Below the pieces are notes generated by a model. It made no database searches. It saw nothing but the letters and a program-made list of their open reading frames with translations, and had not been told where the DNA came from. Below are positions 40,013 through 53,280 of a DNA stretch of 64,000 nucleotides, piece by piece. Source of the stretch: the human T2T-CHM13v2.0 reference genome, Homo sapiens. The stretch is from the NCBI RefSeq assembly GCF_009914755.1, contig NC_060925.1, one strand, 5' to 3'. Within the stretch, counting starts at the first letter, position 1. Each line of letters starts with the position of its first letter. A program made the translations under genes and the position numbers.

Positions 40013-42259
40013 TAAAGGGCACTTCAGCTGGGACGTCTTGGCAATGGCTACTAGACAAACATGTTCAATGTACAGTCTTATGTGCCCAGTGTCAATCTCT
40101 ATGTTGTGGTCCTATGAAAGATGTCCATTCCCTGCACTTCTGGACTCCTGCCTTTAAACAGTGGCTTTGTGCTCCCCGAGCTGTGCCTTAGTACTAGTTT
40201 AATGGTAATACCCCTAGGAAAGAAGTAGAAAGAAATCTATACTTGGAAGGTCAAAGTTTGAACTGACACATTGAACTAAACAACAATCAGAAAAGATGTT
40301 TTTTTTCTGTGCTTAAATGGGAAAAAAATTAACTTGTTCATAGACTATAGCACTCTACAGCCAGACTCCTGAGAGTCCCAAGTCTGAGCTACTTAGCACT
40401 GGAAAATGTATGGTTTATAATCTGGTACTGCTGCTCCCATTCCCAGACCTTTGTCTACCATGAAATAAAGGGTCTGTTGTGCGAGTGGAGAAAGGCAGTG
40501 ATAGGACCACCTGCTGCAGGGCGGGCTGGGTTGAGGAGAGACATCTTCTGACTTCAATTAAGGCTTCAGGTCACTGAAGCCACTTCTTCCACAGTACACT
40601 GGGGGTCTTGCATGTCTCCCGACTTTTAACTCTTCAGCTAGCAGGGAGAGGTTCCTCTGAGCACCCAGCTTATAAATTGGCTTCTGGGTTGGGAGTCCCC
40701 CAAGGCCAGCACTGGTCATACTGACCAGGCTGTGTAAATTTTGCCTGTGTTTCCTCTGGATTATGCTTGGCATTCCCTAGCAATAAATCCTTTACAATTG
40801 AATAATTGACTGGAGTTGGGGGACAATTCTTAGAACGCTGATTCCTTCTTCATCTTCATCTGATAGTCACTCTAGATGTTAAAACTGAGTAGTTACTTCC
40901 AAAGGCCAAAATCAGCTGAATTAAAATCCATGGTTATGCTTATCCAGTCCTCATTTATATCTAAATACTGTGCACAAACAATGTATATTGTGAAGACCCC
41001 CGTTAAGGAAGAACAGAAACTGGGCTTTAACTCCTCAATTCTGACAATTCAGCTTATGAGGAATTTGATAGAATTAGGCTGCCTCCAGCATTGGTCAATG
41101 TTTTACAATGAGCAGCTCTGTCATTATGCCCATCTAATTCCTGCCTTTTCAGACAACAGGAAATGGGGTTAGTACCAAGGGGCAGCAAGGTGCTGTGACC
41201 TTGACACCTGTTCAATAGGAAGTGGACTGAAACGGGAATTGAGAATTTCAGGCACCTGTCGTCACCCAACCACTCTCATCTGGGCAAAAAGCAGTCCATA
41301 GAAGATTGTCTGGAGTTTCCCTGACTTTACGTGATTATTGATTTTTAAAAAGAGACACAGAGAGAGAGAGAGATAAGTATGTGAAGCCCGGCGAGAAGCA
41401 GGTAGCAACTCCTTAGAGGAAGCAGCAGCTGGGGCTTGGCTAAGACAGGAGACAGTAGGAGCATGGGGCAGGGTTCGAGGCACAGGAGCAAGACGTGAAG
41501 CCGCTGTGGCACCGGGAAAGGCCCTGTAGCATGGGAAAGGCTCTCTCTTAGCTCAGAAAGAGCTGGCACTAGGCTGGCAGCTCTAACTCTGACTCTATTA
41601 CAGGTCTAACTCTTGCTACCTACGTCCTTCCAACACAGTCAGTTTTCTGCCCTGTGACTCAGTTTACCTCTCTGCAACTTGGCCTACTCACTACTCTGGA
41701 CCTTACTCTGAAGTTCCAAAGTTCTCCAGGTAGCAGGCATCCAAGACAACACCATAATTATGACTTCTTTGTATTTTCCCCTGAGTGGATGCCTTAAGGA
41801 TTATGTATTGATCTAAAAAGGAGTCGTTGAGCTCATGTCAAAATTAGGGCCATCTGTGTTAAAATATAAATAGTAAGTGGGATTCAATACATTTGGTCTT
41901 AAAATTTAAATAGTATTATAAAACTTAGAAGACATGATGATGGTTAGGAGAAGACACTATCTGCCAGGGCTCAGTCACATATGGGTGAGAAATTTCCTAC
42001 AAAATAAATGCAAAGACAGGACGTATGAGAAACAGGCAGACAGAGAGCAACATTAACACATCCATCACTTCAGGAGGTCATGTCATTTCTGCTACTCAAC
42101 GTCAAGATCCACTGTGAATTTTACAAGGCCTGAGACCATGTAATGGAGGGCCATACACCATATGTAAAAATGTTTATAATTTTTTAATTCAGTTAACAAA
42201 CTGAAATATTAAATAAGTTTTTTCCCTATTTGACAATTTTTCTTTCAAGATGGCCTGGC

Positions 42260-43335
42260 CTTAGAAGAAAACATAGGCATGACCTTAGATCAGGCAATGG
42301 TTTCTCAGATGTGATACCAAAAGCACAAACAACAAAAGAAAAAAAATAGGTAAATTGGACACTGTCAGAATTAAAAACTTTTGTGTTTCAAAGGACACCA
42401 TCAAAAAAGTGAAAAGACACCTCACAGAATGGGAGAAAATATTTGCAAATCATATACTAGGGAAGAATCTAGTATCCAGAATATATACAGAACACCCACA
42501 ACTCAACAATTAAAACATAACCCAGTTTTTTAAATGGGCAAAGGATTGGAATAGATACTTCTACAAAGAAAATATTCAAATTACCGAAAAGCACATGAAA
42601 AAGTGCTCAGCGTCATTGGTCATTAAGGAAATGCAAACAAAACCACAGTGAGATACCATTGCATATCCAGTGGGATAGTTTCAATCAAAATGACAGACAA
42701 TAACCAGTGTTGGCCAGGATGTAGAGAAACCGGACGCCTAACGCACTGCTGGTAGGAATGAAAAGTATGGCACAGTCACAGTGGAAAAGAGTCTAGCAGT
42801 TCCTCAAAAGTTAAACTTAGAATTACCATGACCCAGCCATTCCACTCCTAGGTATGTACCAAGACAACTGAAGACATGTGTTCACCTAAAAACTAGTGAA
42901 CATTCATAGTAGCATTGTTCGTAATTACCAAAAAGTGTGAATAACCCAAATGTCCATCAATGAATGAGTGGATAACGAAAATGTGGTACAGTGGAATATT
43001 ATTCAGCCACTATTGAAGTATTGATACATGTTACAACATGAATGAATCTTAAAAACATTATGCTGAGTGAAAGAAACCAGACCCAAAATATGACGTATTG
43101 TATAACTCCATTTGTATGAAATGTCCAGAATGAGCAACTCTATAAAGATGGAAAGATTGCCAGGAGGGTGAGTACTAATTGGTATGGGTTATTTTTTTAG
43201 GGGGATGGTGATGAAGTATTATGGAATTAGATAGTCATTATAATTGTGCAATCTTGTGAATATACTAAAAAGTATTGAATTGAACACTTCAAAAGGGTAA
43301 ATTTTATGGTATGTGAGTTAAGTCCTAATTTTAAA
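42260..43335 (+). mobile_element. L1MB-type 3' fragment
   Basis: Diverged L1 ORF2 end and 3'UTR (gaatgggagaaaatatttgcaaatcatat; aaagggtaaattttatggtatgtgagtta); possible degenerate TSD aagatggcctgg / aaaatgacttgg. Confidence 0.85.
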
Positions 43336-46300
43336 ATGACTTGGAAGATCAGGTTCAAATTTAGAATTTCATCCTTCCCATCCCCTGGTCACCAGCCCCA
43401 GTTCTCTTCCCACACTTGGCTCTTTCTGCCTCACGAGTGTGCTCCCATGCCCCCACGTGAACCCCCCTGCCCTCATGGCCAGGCTGTGTCTACGCCCCCA
43501 AAGCAGCCACCCTTAGCTCCTCTCACACCTGGAGGTGAGCACGCAGGCAGCAGAGCCTGGCCAGTAAGACATTCCTGAGCATGAGGTCCACGCAAGCCAT
43601 AAAAGTGGACTCAGGGACATTTGAGCAGGGAATTCTTCAGGGTGGTGCTGGTGGGAGCTGGCTCAGGGTCCTCTAGGCAGTTCTCTTGGCCTTGCAGATT
43701 CCTTCCCTGTTTAGAGAGCACAGTTGGAGAATGGCCCCAGAGAGGCCCTCTGGAGTGTGTCAGGAGATCATCCTTGCCCAACCAGCTGTGGAGGAGTAAG
43801 GGCAGTGTCTGTGCACTTAATAATATGGCAGCAAGGGAAGTGGCTGATGCATAGTTCTTAGAAATATGGATCAGGGAGGATAGCCACTCTCCAAGACAGT
43901 CTACCGTAGTTATGCCTGAAGGACAGAGCAAAGCACATCCTGAAGCCCTGGAAGAAGGAAAGAACATCCTTGCAAATAAACTGGGAGCATCCAAGGGCTC
44001 AGGAAGGCAGGCCCAGAGCGGCAGCAAGGAGGTGGCGGACAGTAGGCCTAGGACTGGAAGGCATGGCTAGAGCTTTGCGGGAAAACAGAGGGATGTGAGC
44101 CTGGGCCTCCGGATTTAAAACATGTGGCATTCGCCTCTAGTCATGTTGGCTCCCTGGGGACACCATCCTTTGACACCTCCTCTTTCTTTCACAGATGTCC
44201 TTCCTACCTGCTGCCTGATAAAAGGCTCAGACAGCAATCAGTTTCCCTGGTGAGATAGGAACTGGTGAATAAGATTGAGGTCAGAGGCAAGATACCCTTA
44301 TCAACACTGCCCATGCGCTTGCAGCAGGCATGATGGCAATCACCTTCTAGAACATCACAGACCTGCTATTTTGAGCAGAAGACTTAGGGAGAAAAGAGAT
44401 AAGCGAAATCTCCTGCCTGAGGTATCATTTTTCTCCCCACTTGTAGAGCATGAGGCTGGGGAGTCAGTGCAAATGTAAACTTCAGCATGGCCCCTGTGTA
44501 ACAGCAAATGAGTTTGCTGGGCCTGGGAGGGGCAGACTCCAAGAGGACCATGGCAGCCCTTCCTGTTAAAGGGGAGCCCAGCATTGTCCCAGTGGATGGA
44601 CGGCTCAGTGCTTTCGCTCTGCCTTCTGTCTACTTTTGCAGCCACTGAGCTGGCCAGAGAAAGAGCAAGCTGAACGACCGTCAGAGGTTTGTCTTTGGCT
44701 CCACTGCTGAGAGGAGCAGCCTGGAAATGCTCCAAACCACTGAATGGAGTGGGCTCCTCCGCTGTGTTGGATGTCCCACTTCTCTTCCATCCTAGTGGTG
44801 TGGTCTTCCATTGATGTTGATGATTCATGAGATGCACTTTAGCATCTGACCATCTTCAGTTTGGATTCCAGCCATGTGTCTTAGCCTCAATTTCTTCATC
44901 CTTAAAAGCAAGAGCTTTAAGTGGGATTCTACATATAAATCTCTTTGCATAATCTCTGGGACACATTAAATGCTGGGAAATTGATGATAAGTATGACTGA
45001 TTGAACGGGGCTGGGACTCTTTGGTTCAGTCCTTGCTGGATGGCCACAAGCAAACGGGAAGGAATGAGGGGCTTCCCAAATCTCATCCACTGGAAATGTG
45101 CTGGCTGTAATTATTTGCTGACAGAAAAGTTTACTTTTCAAAGGAAAAAGTAATCCTTCCTTTCAAACATAAATAAGAGTCTGAGGGTGGGGAGGTGGAT
45201 TTTAAAGTATCTACTCTGGAGAGTGGTTTCCAAGTATTTATTTCTAAATAATGAGTTAAAACTCTAATCACTCAATGAGTTCTGAAAAGACCTGGAATGG
45301 GGGAGAGCTATATAGTCATTGCTTTAAAAAGCTTTCTTGTCTAAGTATTTTTGCCTTTAAGGCTTTGTGAAAGCATCAAACCCTCTCCTCTTCCTTTCCC
45401 CCTCCTCTCCCGCCCCCCTTGCTAGCTTTGGAAGTGTTACAGCTCAGCTCTGGGCTGCCCACCAATACCAAACACCTGCCACCTACCCTCTCAACACCCC
45501 CTACACCCTACAATAGAAGCGGAAGGTGATCTTGGGTTTTCTGGCTAGAATGCCTTGTGCAGGGCAGAAATAGAGGAATGTAAGAGTGAGATTAACCCAC
45601 ATTCAGCTTCGCCACTAAATATCAGGAAAAGGTTCCCCCTCCCTCCCAGGTCTGTTACCCTTGGCCTTTTTGTGTCCATGCAGGGCAAAGACACCTGCAA
45701 TTGGTGGTGGGGGTGGAGAGGACACTACAGAAAATTCCAGAATTCAGAGAGTTTCACGTTTTGCTATTATTTTGAAACTGCTATCTCCCATTCAAATGTT
45801 GGGCCAATTGCTATTTTTGTAGCACTTAGCATGAAATGGGAATGATAAATTGTTTGGTGCCAGGGACGTAAAATAAAGAAGGACAATGTAGGTAAAAATA
45901 CTCCTGCTGTGATTTATGGAGCTTCTTGATGCTTTTCTTCTCCTTCCTATGGATATTCTTCCAACTCGATCTCCCTGATCTCCAATCTTGTTTCTCACTT
46001 CCAGCACTCAGTCTTTCCTTTCCCTTTTCAGGTTTGTTTTATAATAAATAATTTTCCCTCCAATGGCATGCTCTTAACAAGCCAATGGTGATTCATTTAG
46101 CCGGATTTCTCCAGCACCTTCTATGCATCGAGCACTATGTGGGAATCAAAGATGAGGCAATAGTGGTCCAGGGCTAGGCAGTCCATCCAGGCGCAGGGGA
46201 CACAGGCTGTGTAAGTGGCCTGGGATCCAGGTTGGAAGCTCCCTTACTCCTACCTGAAACAGGTGAATGCAAGCACAAACCAAAGCTGAGCTAGCATTGG

Positions 46301-46399
46301 ACCAGACTTCCCGAGAACCCCTCAGGTGGCTGGGGCAAATCATCCTGTCTTAGTAGGGGAATCCTCAGTCCAGCACCCTGCAACGGGTGTTTGGGAGTA

Positions 46400-46610
46400 G
46401 GGAAGTGTCTTTGGAAACCAGGCTACCTGGGTTCGAATCGCACCTCTGCCGCATGCCAAGTGGGTGACCTGGGGTTTAACCTTACTTATGTCCCTAAATT
46501 CCAGATTTCTCCTCAATAAAATGGGAATGATAACAGTACCCATCTCACAGAGTAACTGTGAAAATTATTGGAAATACTGTATGGAAAGTGCTTCACAAAA
46601 TTGGCTGCTA
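46400..46610 (+). mobile_element. MIR
   Basis: ctgggttcgaatc...taaaatgggaatgataacagtacccatctcacagag. Confidence 0.75.
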
Positions 46611-47599
46611 TAATAATAACAACAACAAGAATGTTGTTATAACGATCACAATAACTCAGGCCCAATCCAGGATGAGGTCTATGGTCCAGAATGCTTTCCA
46701 GGAGGACAGAATTTTGGAAAGCTTTCAGTTAGCACAGACCTCAGAATTAGAGACAGTGGAGCAAGTGTCAGCCCAGGGAGAAAAGGAAGCAAGGGCACCA
46801 CTAGATTTGGGTGAGGAAGTTAGATCATTTGGCTGATGGATTGGTGTGCAGATGTGGGTATTCTATTCTCAGAACGGTTGTGAGATTGGACCAGACACTG
46901 AGCACATGACTAGAAGACAGACACTTAAGCCAGTGGCCCAGGCAGAAGGACCAGATAAGCTAACGAGCTACTCACAGTGGTCTGGAGCAGGGAGGCCAAG
47001 CTGGCTGCTCAGTGTTCAAAGGCACTGCCAAGAAGGATGAACAGAAGAAAAGGCCATGGCTCGTGTTCTGCAGTGCCCTGCGTGGGGCTCTCATTGGGCC
47101 AGGGTCAGGGAGAGGCTATATCTGCAGGTGTTGAGTGGCATTGCGATGGTTAGGGAAGTAGGAGCTGAGGCAAGCCAGGGCTTAGTCCTAGTCAACAAAC
47201 ACATCCAGCAAAGACTGTACTCTCAGGAGGTGTACCTTCCATGGAGAAGACAGAAACTAAACAAAGTCACCATTTACAAGAAACCACCAGACTCTCTCCC
47301 TTGTGAAAATCCATAGTGTCTTAAATTTGTGACCTGATAACATTAGGACGGCTGTATAGCATTATGGTGATGAACTTGGCCTCTGGACTTAGCTTGTCTG
47401 GAATCAAAAACATCTCAGCCATTTACCAGTCAGGTGACCTTGGGCAAGGTCCTTGTCTTCTCTGCACTTGCATTCCTTTGTCTGTAAAATCCGGAGGATA
47501 GCAGTAGCCACACTGTTTTTAAAAGGACTAAATATGAGAGTAAACTGCTTGGCACAGAGATTATTGAAACCAATCAAATAAAAGAGATCTGCTTCATCC

Positions 47600-50500
47600 C
47601 TTCAACCAGTCATTCATTTTTTTGAATAGATAGATATTTACTGGAAAATATTTATTCTAGTAGCCCTACCCTATGCTTGTTACTGTTCCAGGGTCTAATA
47701 AACTAGTGTCAGACAAAAGAGACAAAGTTGGCATGGGGCATGTTTGCCAGTGGAAGAGACACAAACACGATACAATGACGGGTAACAGCAAATTATCAGA
47801 GTAAAAGCAAAGCCAGGTAAGGCAGTGGAGAAGGACCTGGCAACAATCTCTGCAAAACAAAATGTAAGCAGAGACCAGAACAAGGTGAGCATCCAGGCCA
47901 TGCTGATTGTTGGGGGAAAGCCTTCTAGGCAGAAGGAACAGCAAAAGCAGAAAACCCTAGGTGAGACAATGTGGGTTAGGAACAGCTAAGAGGCATTGAA
48001 GCCGTCTTCACAGCGTTAACAAGAATTCTGGACAGAAATAGAGTTAAAATGAAGCATTAATCAGGCTGCACTTTAACCATTTTCTTGTAACTAAAAGTCA
48101 TAAAGCATTAGATATTGACCATTCAAATCCCCATTTTTCCTATGGATAAAATTCCTGGCATTAGAATTAGAAGGTTTTTGTTTAAGAATTGCTTAAGCAG
48201 ATCCTGAATTTCAGCAGAACACCTGGCAACTACCCGTTTAAAGACTTTCACAGGGGAACTGAATCAGCACGAGAATACAGTTTCTTCATCTGCTTTTCCC
48301 ATGACTTCACCCTGCACTTTTTGACCAATCAACAATCTCCATACTTTGGTCCACTCGAAAACTTGTAAAAACCCTAAGCCCAAATTCCTGGAGGAGACAA
48401 ATTTGAGGTTTCTTCTTGTCTCCTCGTTTGGTGGTCCTACCATTAAATCTCTTCCTCTGCTGCAACCCAGTGTCTCAGTGTATTGACCCGCTATGTGCAC
48501 TGGGCAACGAACCTATTATAGTTACAGCATGTGGGGCTGGAAGTGGCGAACAAGAGAGTGATAAATGAAGTCAAAGGTGGCTGGGCCATATCTGTTTTCA
48601 TTCTCATGGCAGTGGGAAGGCACTGGAAGATTTGAACAGGGAGAATGCCATGAGCAGACTCTTAGAAAGATCACTTTGGCTTCTGTGTAGGAAATAAACC
48701 ACTAAGAGCAAAATTAAATGAGACAAACCAGTTAGTCATTCACAGCAGCAGTCAAGACTTAAGATGATTGTGGCCCAACCGGGGTGGCTGCAGTGGAGGT
48801 GGTGAGGCGTGGGTAAATTCGGAATATATTTAGAGTGAGGACTCAACAGGGAATATTGATAGAAGCAAAAAAGAACCAGGGAAGCATGGCTCTATAATTT
48901 ATTATGCAAACCAAGATTTTTGGCAGTTAAAGGGGATGGTTAAAGACTGACATTGTAAACTGGGATACACAGTCACCTTAATCAGGGACTTTTATTGTTG
49001 TTGTTTAACAGGAAACGCTATGGCAGTTTCCTGAGATGAAGAACAGGGGAGGAAGAATAGTTGCTGAAGCCAGGGGGTTGGGGAATCAAATAATTTCTAT
49101 TGAGTGTGTAAAGATGCCTACTAGACACAGCTTAAGTGTTCGTCAGAAGTTCATGAAGAGGTGGGGTCACACATTCGGAATTTATGGTTCTGATGAAAGT
49201 TTTATGTAAGTGGAGACGAGAAGAGCCCCAAGGACAGAACTTGGAGACACTCCAACATTCCGAGGTCAGGAAAGGGAGAGGAATCCAGAAAAATGATGCT
49301 GTGAGGAAGTAGGTAAAGTAGAAGAAAACCAAGAAGGTGGAATGTTCCAGAAACCAAGTAAAAAAAAATCAGAAAAGAAAAAGACTCGAGACTCAACTAT
49401 GGGATTTGCATGTGTGAAGATTGTTGGTAACGTTGGTCATAACTTCAGAGCACTGGTGGGGACAACAACCTCATACAAGTGGGTTCCAAAGAGAATGAGA
49501 GAACAGTGAATATAGAGAATTTCTCCAGAGTGATTCAGTGGGGGCAGTTGCTGGAAAGGAGCTCTTTTTAAAGATGGGAGAAAGGATAGTGATTGTCTGC
49601 TGATGGGAATGAGACAGCAGGTGGGAGAGCTTTGATGCAGGAGAGAAAAGAGTTGATTGCATAAGCAAAGAACAGGCCAGAGGGGACAGGAACCAGTGCA
49701 CAAGCTCAGGGTCTGGCTTCATGAGGGGCAGGCACAGCTGTCCACCAGGCAGGGTACACCATCAGAGACAGGTAAATTGGTGGATGTGGCTGTAGAGTGA
49801 CATTTTCTTCCAGTTGTGTCTACATTCTCAGTAAAATAGGAAGCAAGATCATTGGCTGAGAATAAAGGTGGGAACAAGGTGTTAGAGGTTGAAGGAGAGA
49901 ACAGAAGGTCCCAGGGAGTGAGAAAATGAATTGACTGGGGGCTGGGTTGCTCAACAGTCCTGAGGGACCCATCTTGATGTCTGGCCATAAACTTGAGTTG
50001 ATCCCAGTTTATCCAGTTATTCTTTCACTCTGGCCTAGTCAACCACTCAGATGCAGACTCAGTACACCTGAATTTAACTGTTTTTTTTTTTCAAGGATTC
50101 TATGATAGAAAGACACGATTGTTGAGGCTGTATGTACAGGAGTGACTAAAGGGATGGACTGTAGGCTGAGAAAAAAGGAAAGTGAGAAAATGATGGGGAT
50201 TCAAGGTGGTAGGGGTACTGATTGGTGGTCCTAATGGGCAAAGAATTGTTAGATTCAGGCCATGAGAGGGAGTGACCTGGATAGATACGAGGTAGCAGTC
50301 AGAAAGCAGAGTGTTTGAAATGAGTATTTTGGAGTTGCTGTGGTTAAGGGCAGTGGAGGGGGTGGCTGGGGTGGGATGAAGGACAAGGTCACTGGCAAGG
50401 ATGAGGATGTTAGATTAAGTGTGTATGTGGCTTTGAAATTGCCAGGAATGATGACAGTGAGTCAGTGCTCAAACCTTTGATGAATGAGGCAAAGAGTCTA
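47600..50500 (-). mobile_element. Long fragmented L2 relic, split by the LTR and a small MER94-like insert at about 48890-48980
   Basis: L2 motifs (aaagatcactttggcttctgtg; gaagagcccaaggacagaacttggagacactccaacatt; ttctcagtaaaataggaagcaagatcatt). Confidence 0.7.
47997..48526 (+). mobile_element. ERV1-class solo LTR (subfamily uncertain) nested in L2
   Basis: TG...CA termini, 4-bp TSD gcat at 47993-47996 and 48527-48530, ccaat and attaaa elements. Confidence 0.85.
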
Positions 50501-50592
50501 TAAATGATTACAACTGGGAGTAGGGGAGCTGGGGTGTTTTATGGAGGAGAGAGAACCAATGCTAATAAATAGCAAAGATCCCCCGCCCTCAA

Positions 50593-50593
<1 letters not shown>

Positions 50594-50637
<44 letters not shown>
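50594..50637. repeat. (CG)4(CA)n alternating purine-pyrimidine microsatellite
   Basis: Read directly from the sequence. Confidence 0.95.
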
Positions 50638-50638
<1 letters not shown>

Positions 50639-53049
50639 CGATAGCCAGGCATAGTAGAAAGGCTGTGGAGAACAGCCAACTTGAAACATGTAGCAGAAAC
50701 AGGGTCCCCAGGAAGGGCCAGGTCTGCTTCACAGTGGGAGAATGAAGGGACCATCCAGCAGGAGCTGATGTTGGGGGAGGAGGTGCTGGTGGTGACCATG
50801 ATTTCCAGAGCACAGGCTTTGGATGTCAGAAGCCTGGGAGCTTGAATCAGATTGGAGAATCGACCTAGCCACAATGGGACAGTGGTCCTGAGAAGGGATG
50901 GCCAGAGAAGCTAGGGCTTCCTGTGGAAACTGCAGCAGACTTAAGAGCTAAGAGGCAGACTGGGAATCCCACTGTGATCCTTAGGAGTGGGTGGGTCACC
51001 TGCTGTAGGTTTATCCTCCTTCTTGGCACTGGTCACTTTGCAAAGGGAAGGAGAGATTTAGGGCAGCAGAGCCACAGAAAGAAAGGGAGGCTCGGTGTCC
51101 TTATCAGGAGAAGGAGCAGCCATGTAAACCTCCCTCCACGCAGGAATGGTGCCCTCTTATCAAGACAACGGGAGCTCCATCAGTTCAGCAGCGACTTGCT
51201 GAGGGACAGGAATGCAAAAGTCCAGAGAGGGGTCAAGCTGGGCTAGGTCAAGGAAAAGCCAAAGATTCCACAGGTTCCTGCCTGGGGAACACCTAGACCA
51301 CTGTGCATCTCAATAGGAAGGAGTCCTGAGAGCCTCTGTCACGACCCCAGGAGCTGTGGTGCTGCCTATCACCCACAGATGTTTTTACACATGTTAAAGG
51401 AGCAGAGCTAGCAATGGCTTTCCTGTAACGTCCGTACTGCTGCGCCCGTCTTCACGTTGAAAACGGCAATGAATTAAGGACAAAAGATTAATGTTGTTGG
51501 CCTGGTGTATTATATACTCAACTTCCATGGAAACCCAGCAGGTAGTAAATCAACCAAAACCCATATTTAATAACTCCTAGTAAAACCCAATTTACTCACC
51601 TGCCAACCATGGAAAAGTTGATTGCTTTGTCAGAGGAACCCCATTCATTGTAGACTCTTGGAACTGCCCTAGACATAAGAATCACATTTACCTTTTTCGG
51701 ATGGAGATAATGCATTCAAAATGAGCCATAAAATAGCCTAGGAGCAACATACCTGCTGTTAATAATAGTGCTAGATTACTTTATTTGTCATATACTCCAG
51801 ATCTGTCTACCTTGGTATCTGGCATTGTTCCTGAATTTTTAACAAGCGCCCTCATAAGGCAGCGAGAAAAGGCAAATAACCATGGACTTGAAAAGGAAGA
51901 CACGAAGAGCAATACCCTTCCTTCCTGGCTGTTTCAAACAAGTCATTTGGCCTTAGCCTTTAGGGAAGATATTAGCTTTCTGAATCACATCTTATCATTT
52001 GGTAATTGTACTGTTCGGTTTCCAGGGGATCTTTCTACTTCATGACCTCCGGCTCGGTGATTGGATTGATCAGAAGGAAATGATGGGAAGCTTTCCTTCC
52101 CATCTCACTTATTCTGGCTCTCTATTGTCTGCCTAGCATTTTCTCCAGCTTTGCTCTCCTTCATCAACAAGCTACTTGTTCCTGAGAAAATTCCCAGTGC
52201 TCTCCAGCTGCCTCCTGGATGCAAGTGCACTTCAGTACAAAAAGTCTGAACCAGGAGAGCTGATCACCGGAAAGGAGGCAAAGGACGCTGTTTGCTGGAT
52301 AATTTAGTGCTTGTTCGCCTGCCTGTTACTTCTTTTTCTTTGATCTATAAGCATCAATTGTTCCAAGGGGGGTAAAATGCTTTCTGCTTTTGATTGGATT
52401 TAAGTTATATGGCTGGTATAACTTAAAAGTACCCATATCTCTTAGGTGACAAAGAACTTGAAAGTTTGCATAGAAAAGAATTTGGGATCCAGGACTGCAA
52501 TGAAAGACAAGGAATCTGGGCTCTGCTTCTAACTCCAAAACAAGCATCTGTGGCCTGAAATCCATATTTTTCCCTCAGGCTCTGAATTTATGTCAATACT
52601 GAGCTTGAGCTCATGTCTGCAAATAGGCAATAATTCATAATCAATCCACTAATTAAAGTTATACATGTTTGATTGTGGTGAACTAAAATAGTCTCCTTGG
52701 CTTAACCATGTCTCTTTAGAATTTTCTCACATTTATAAACAAGAGGGTGTGAATTATACAAGCCTCTCTATTAATAGTAGGAGCCAAGGCTCACTCAATA
52801 TTTTAACAGATAACCGTTCTTTGCAGGAAGTACTAGAGTGCAATATTTCTCAATTTAGCCTGGATGGATAGATTCCCAGGGATCAGAATGTTTACAAATG
52901 CATTCTTTTAAATTTGTATTACCATTTTGCTAATACTATAAAAATATATGTATATTCTGAGATCATCAGTTCCTAACTACAGCCTGGTTTCTGTGTTTTC
53001 ATTTGGTTTACAGTTTCTATACTAGCACAACATACCGATTTGTTTAACT

Positions 53050-53280
53050 CTACACCAGGCGATACCAGTCTACATATTTTTTAATGCATGTACTCATTTT
53101 ATCTTCACAGGAACCCTACAAGGTAGATTCTATTAGCATATGTATTTTATAGATGAGGAAGCAGGCACAGAGACATCAAGTGTCATGCTTCATTTTACAA
53201 AGCTGGAACATGCTGGAGTCAGAACCCAACCAGGCAGTCTTGCTTCAGAGTAAGTAGCTCTTAACTACTTTGCTATTTTG
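53050..53280 (-). mobile_element. MIR
   Basis: atcttcacaggaaccctacaaggtaga...attttatagatgaggaagcaggcacagaga. Confidence 0.75.
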
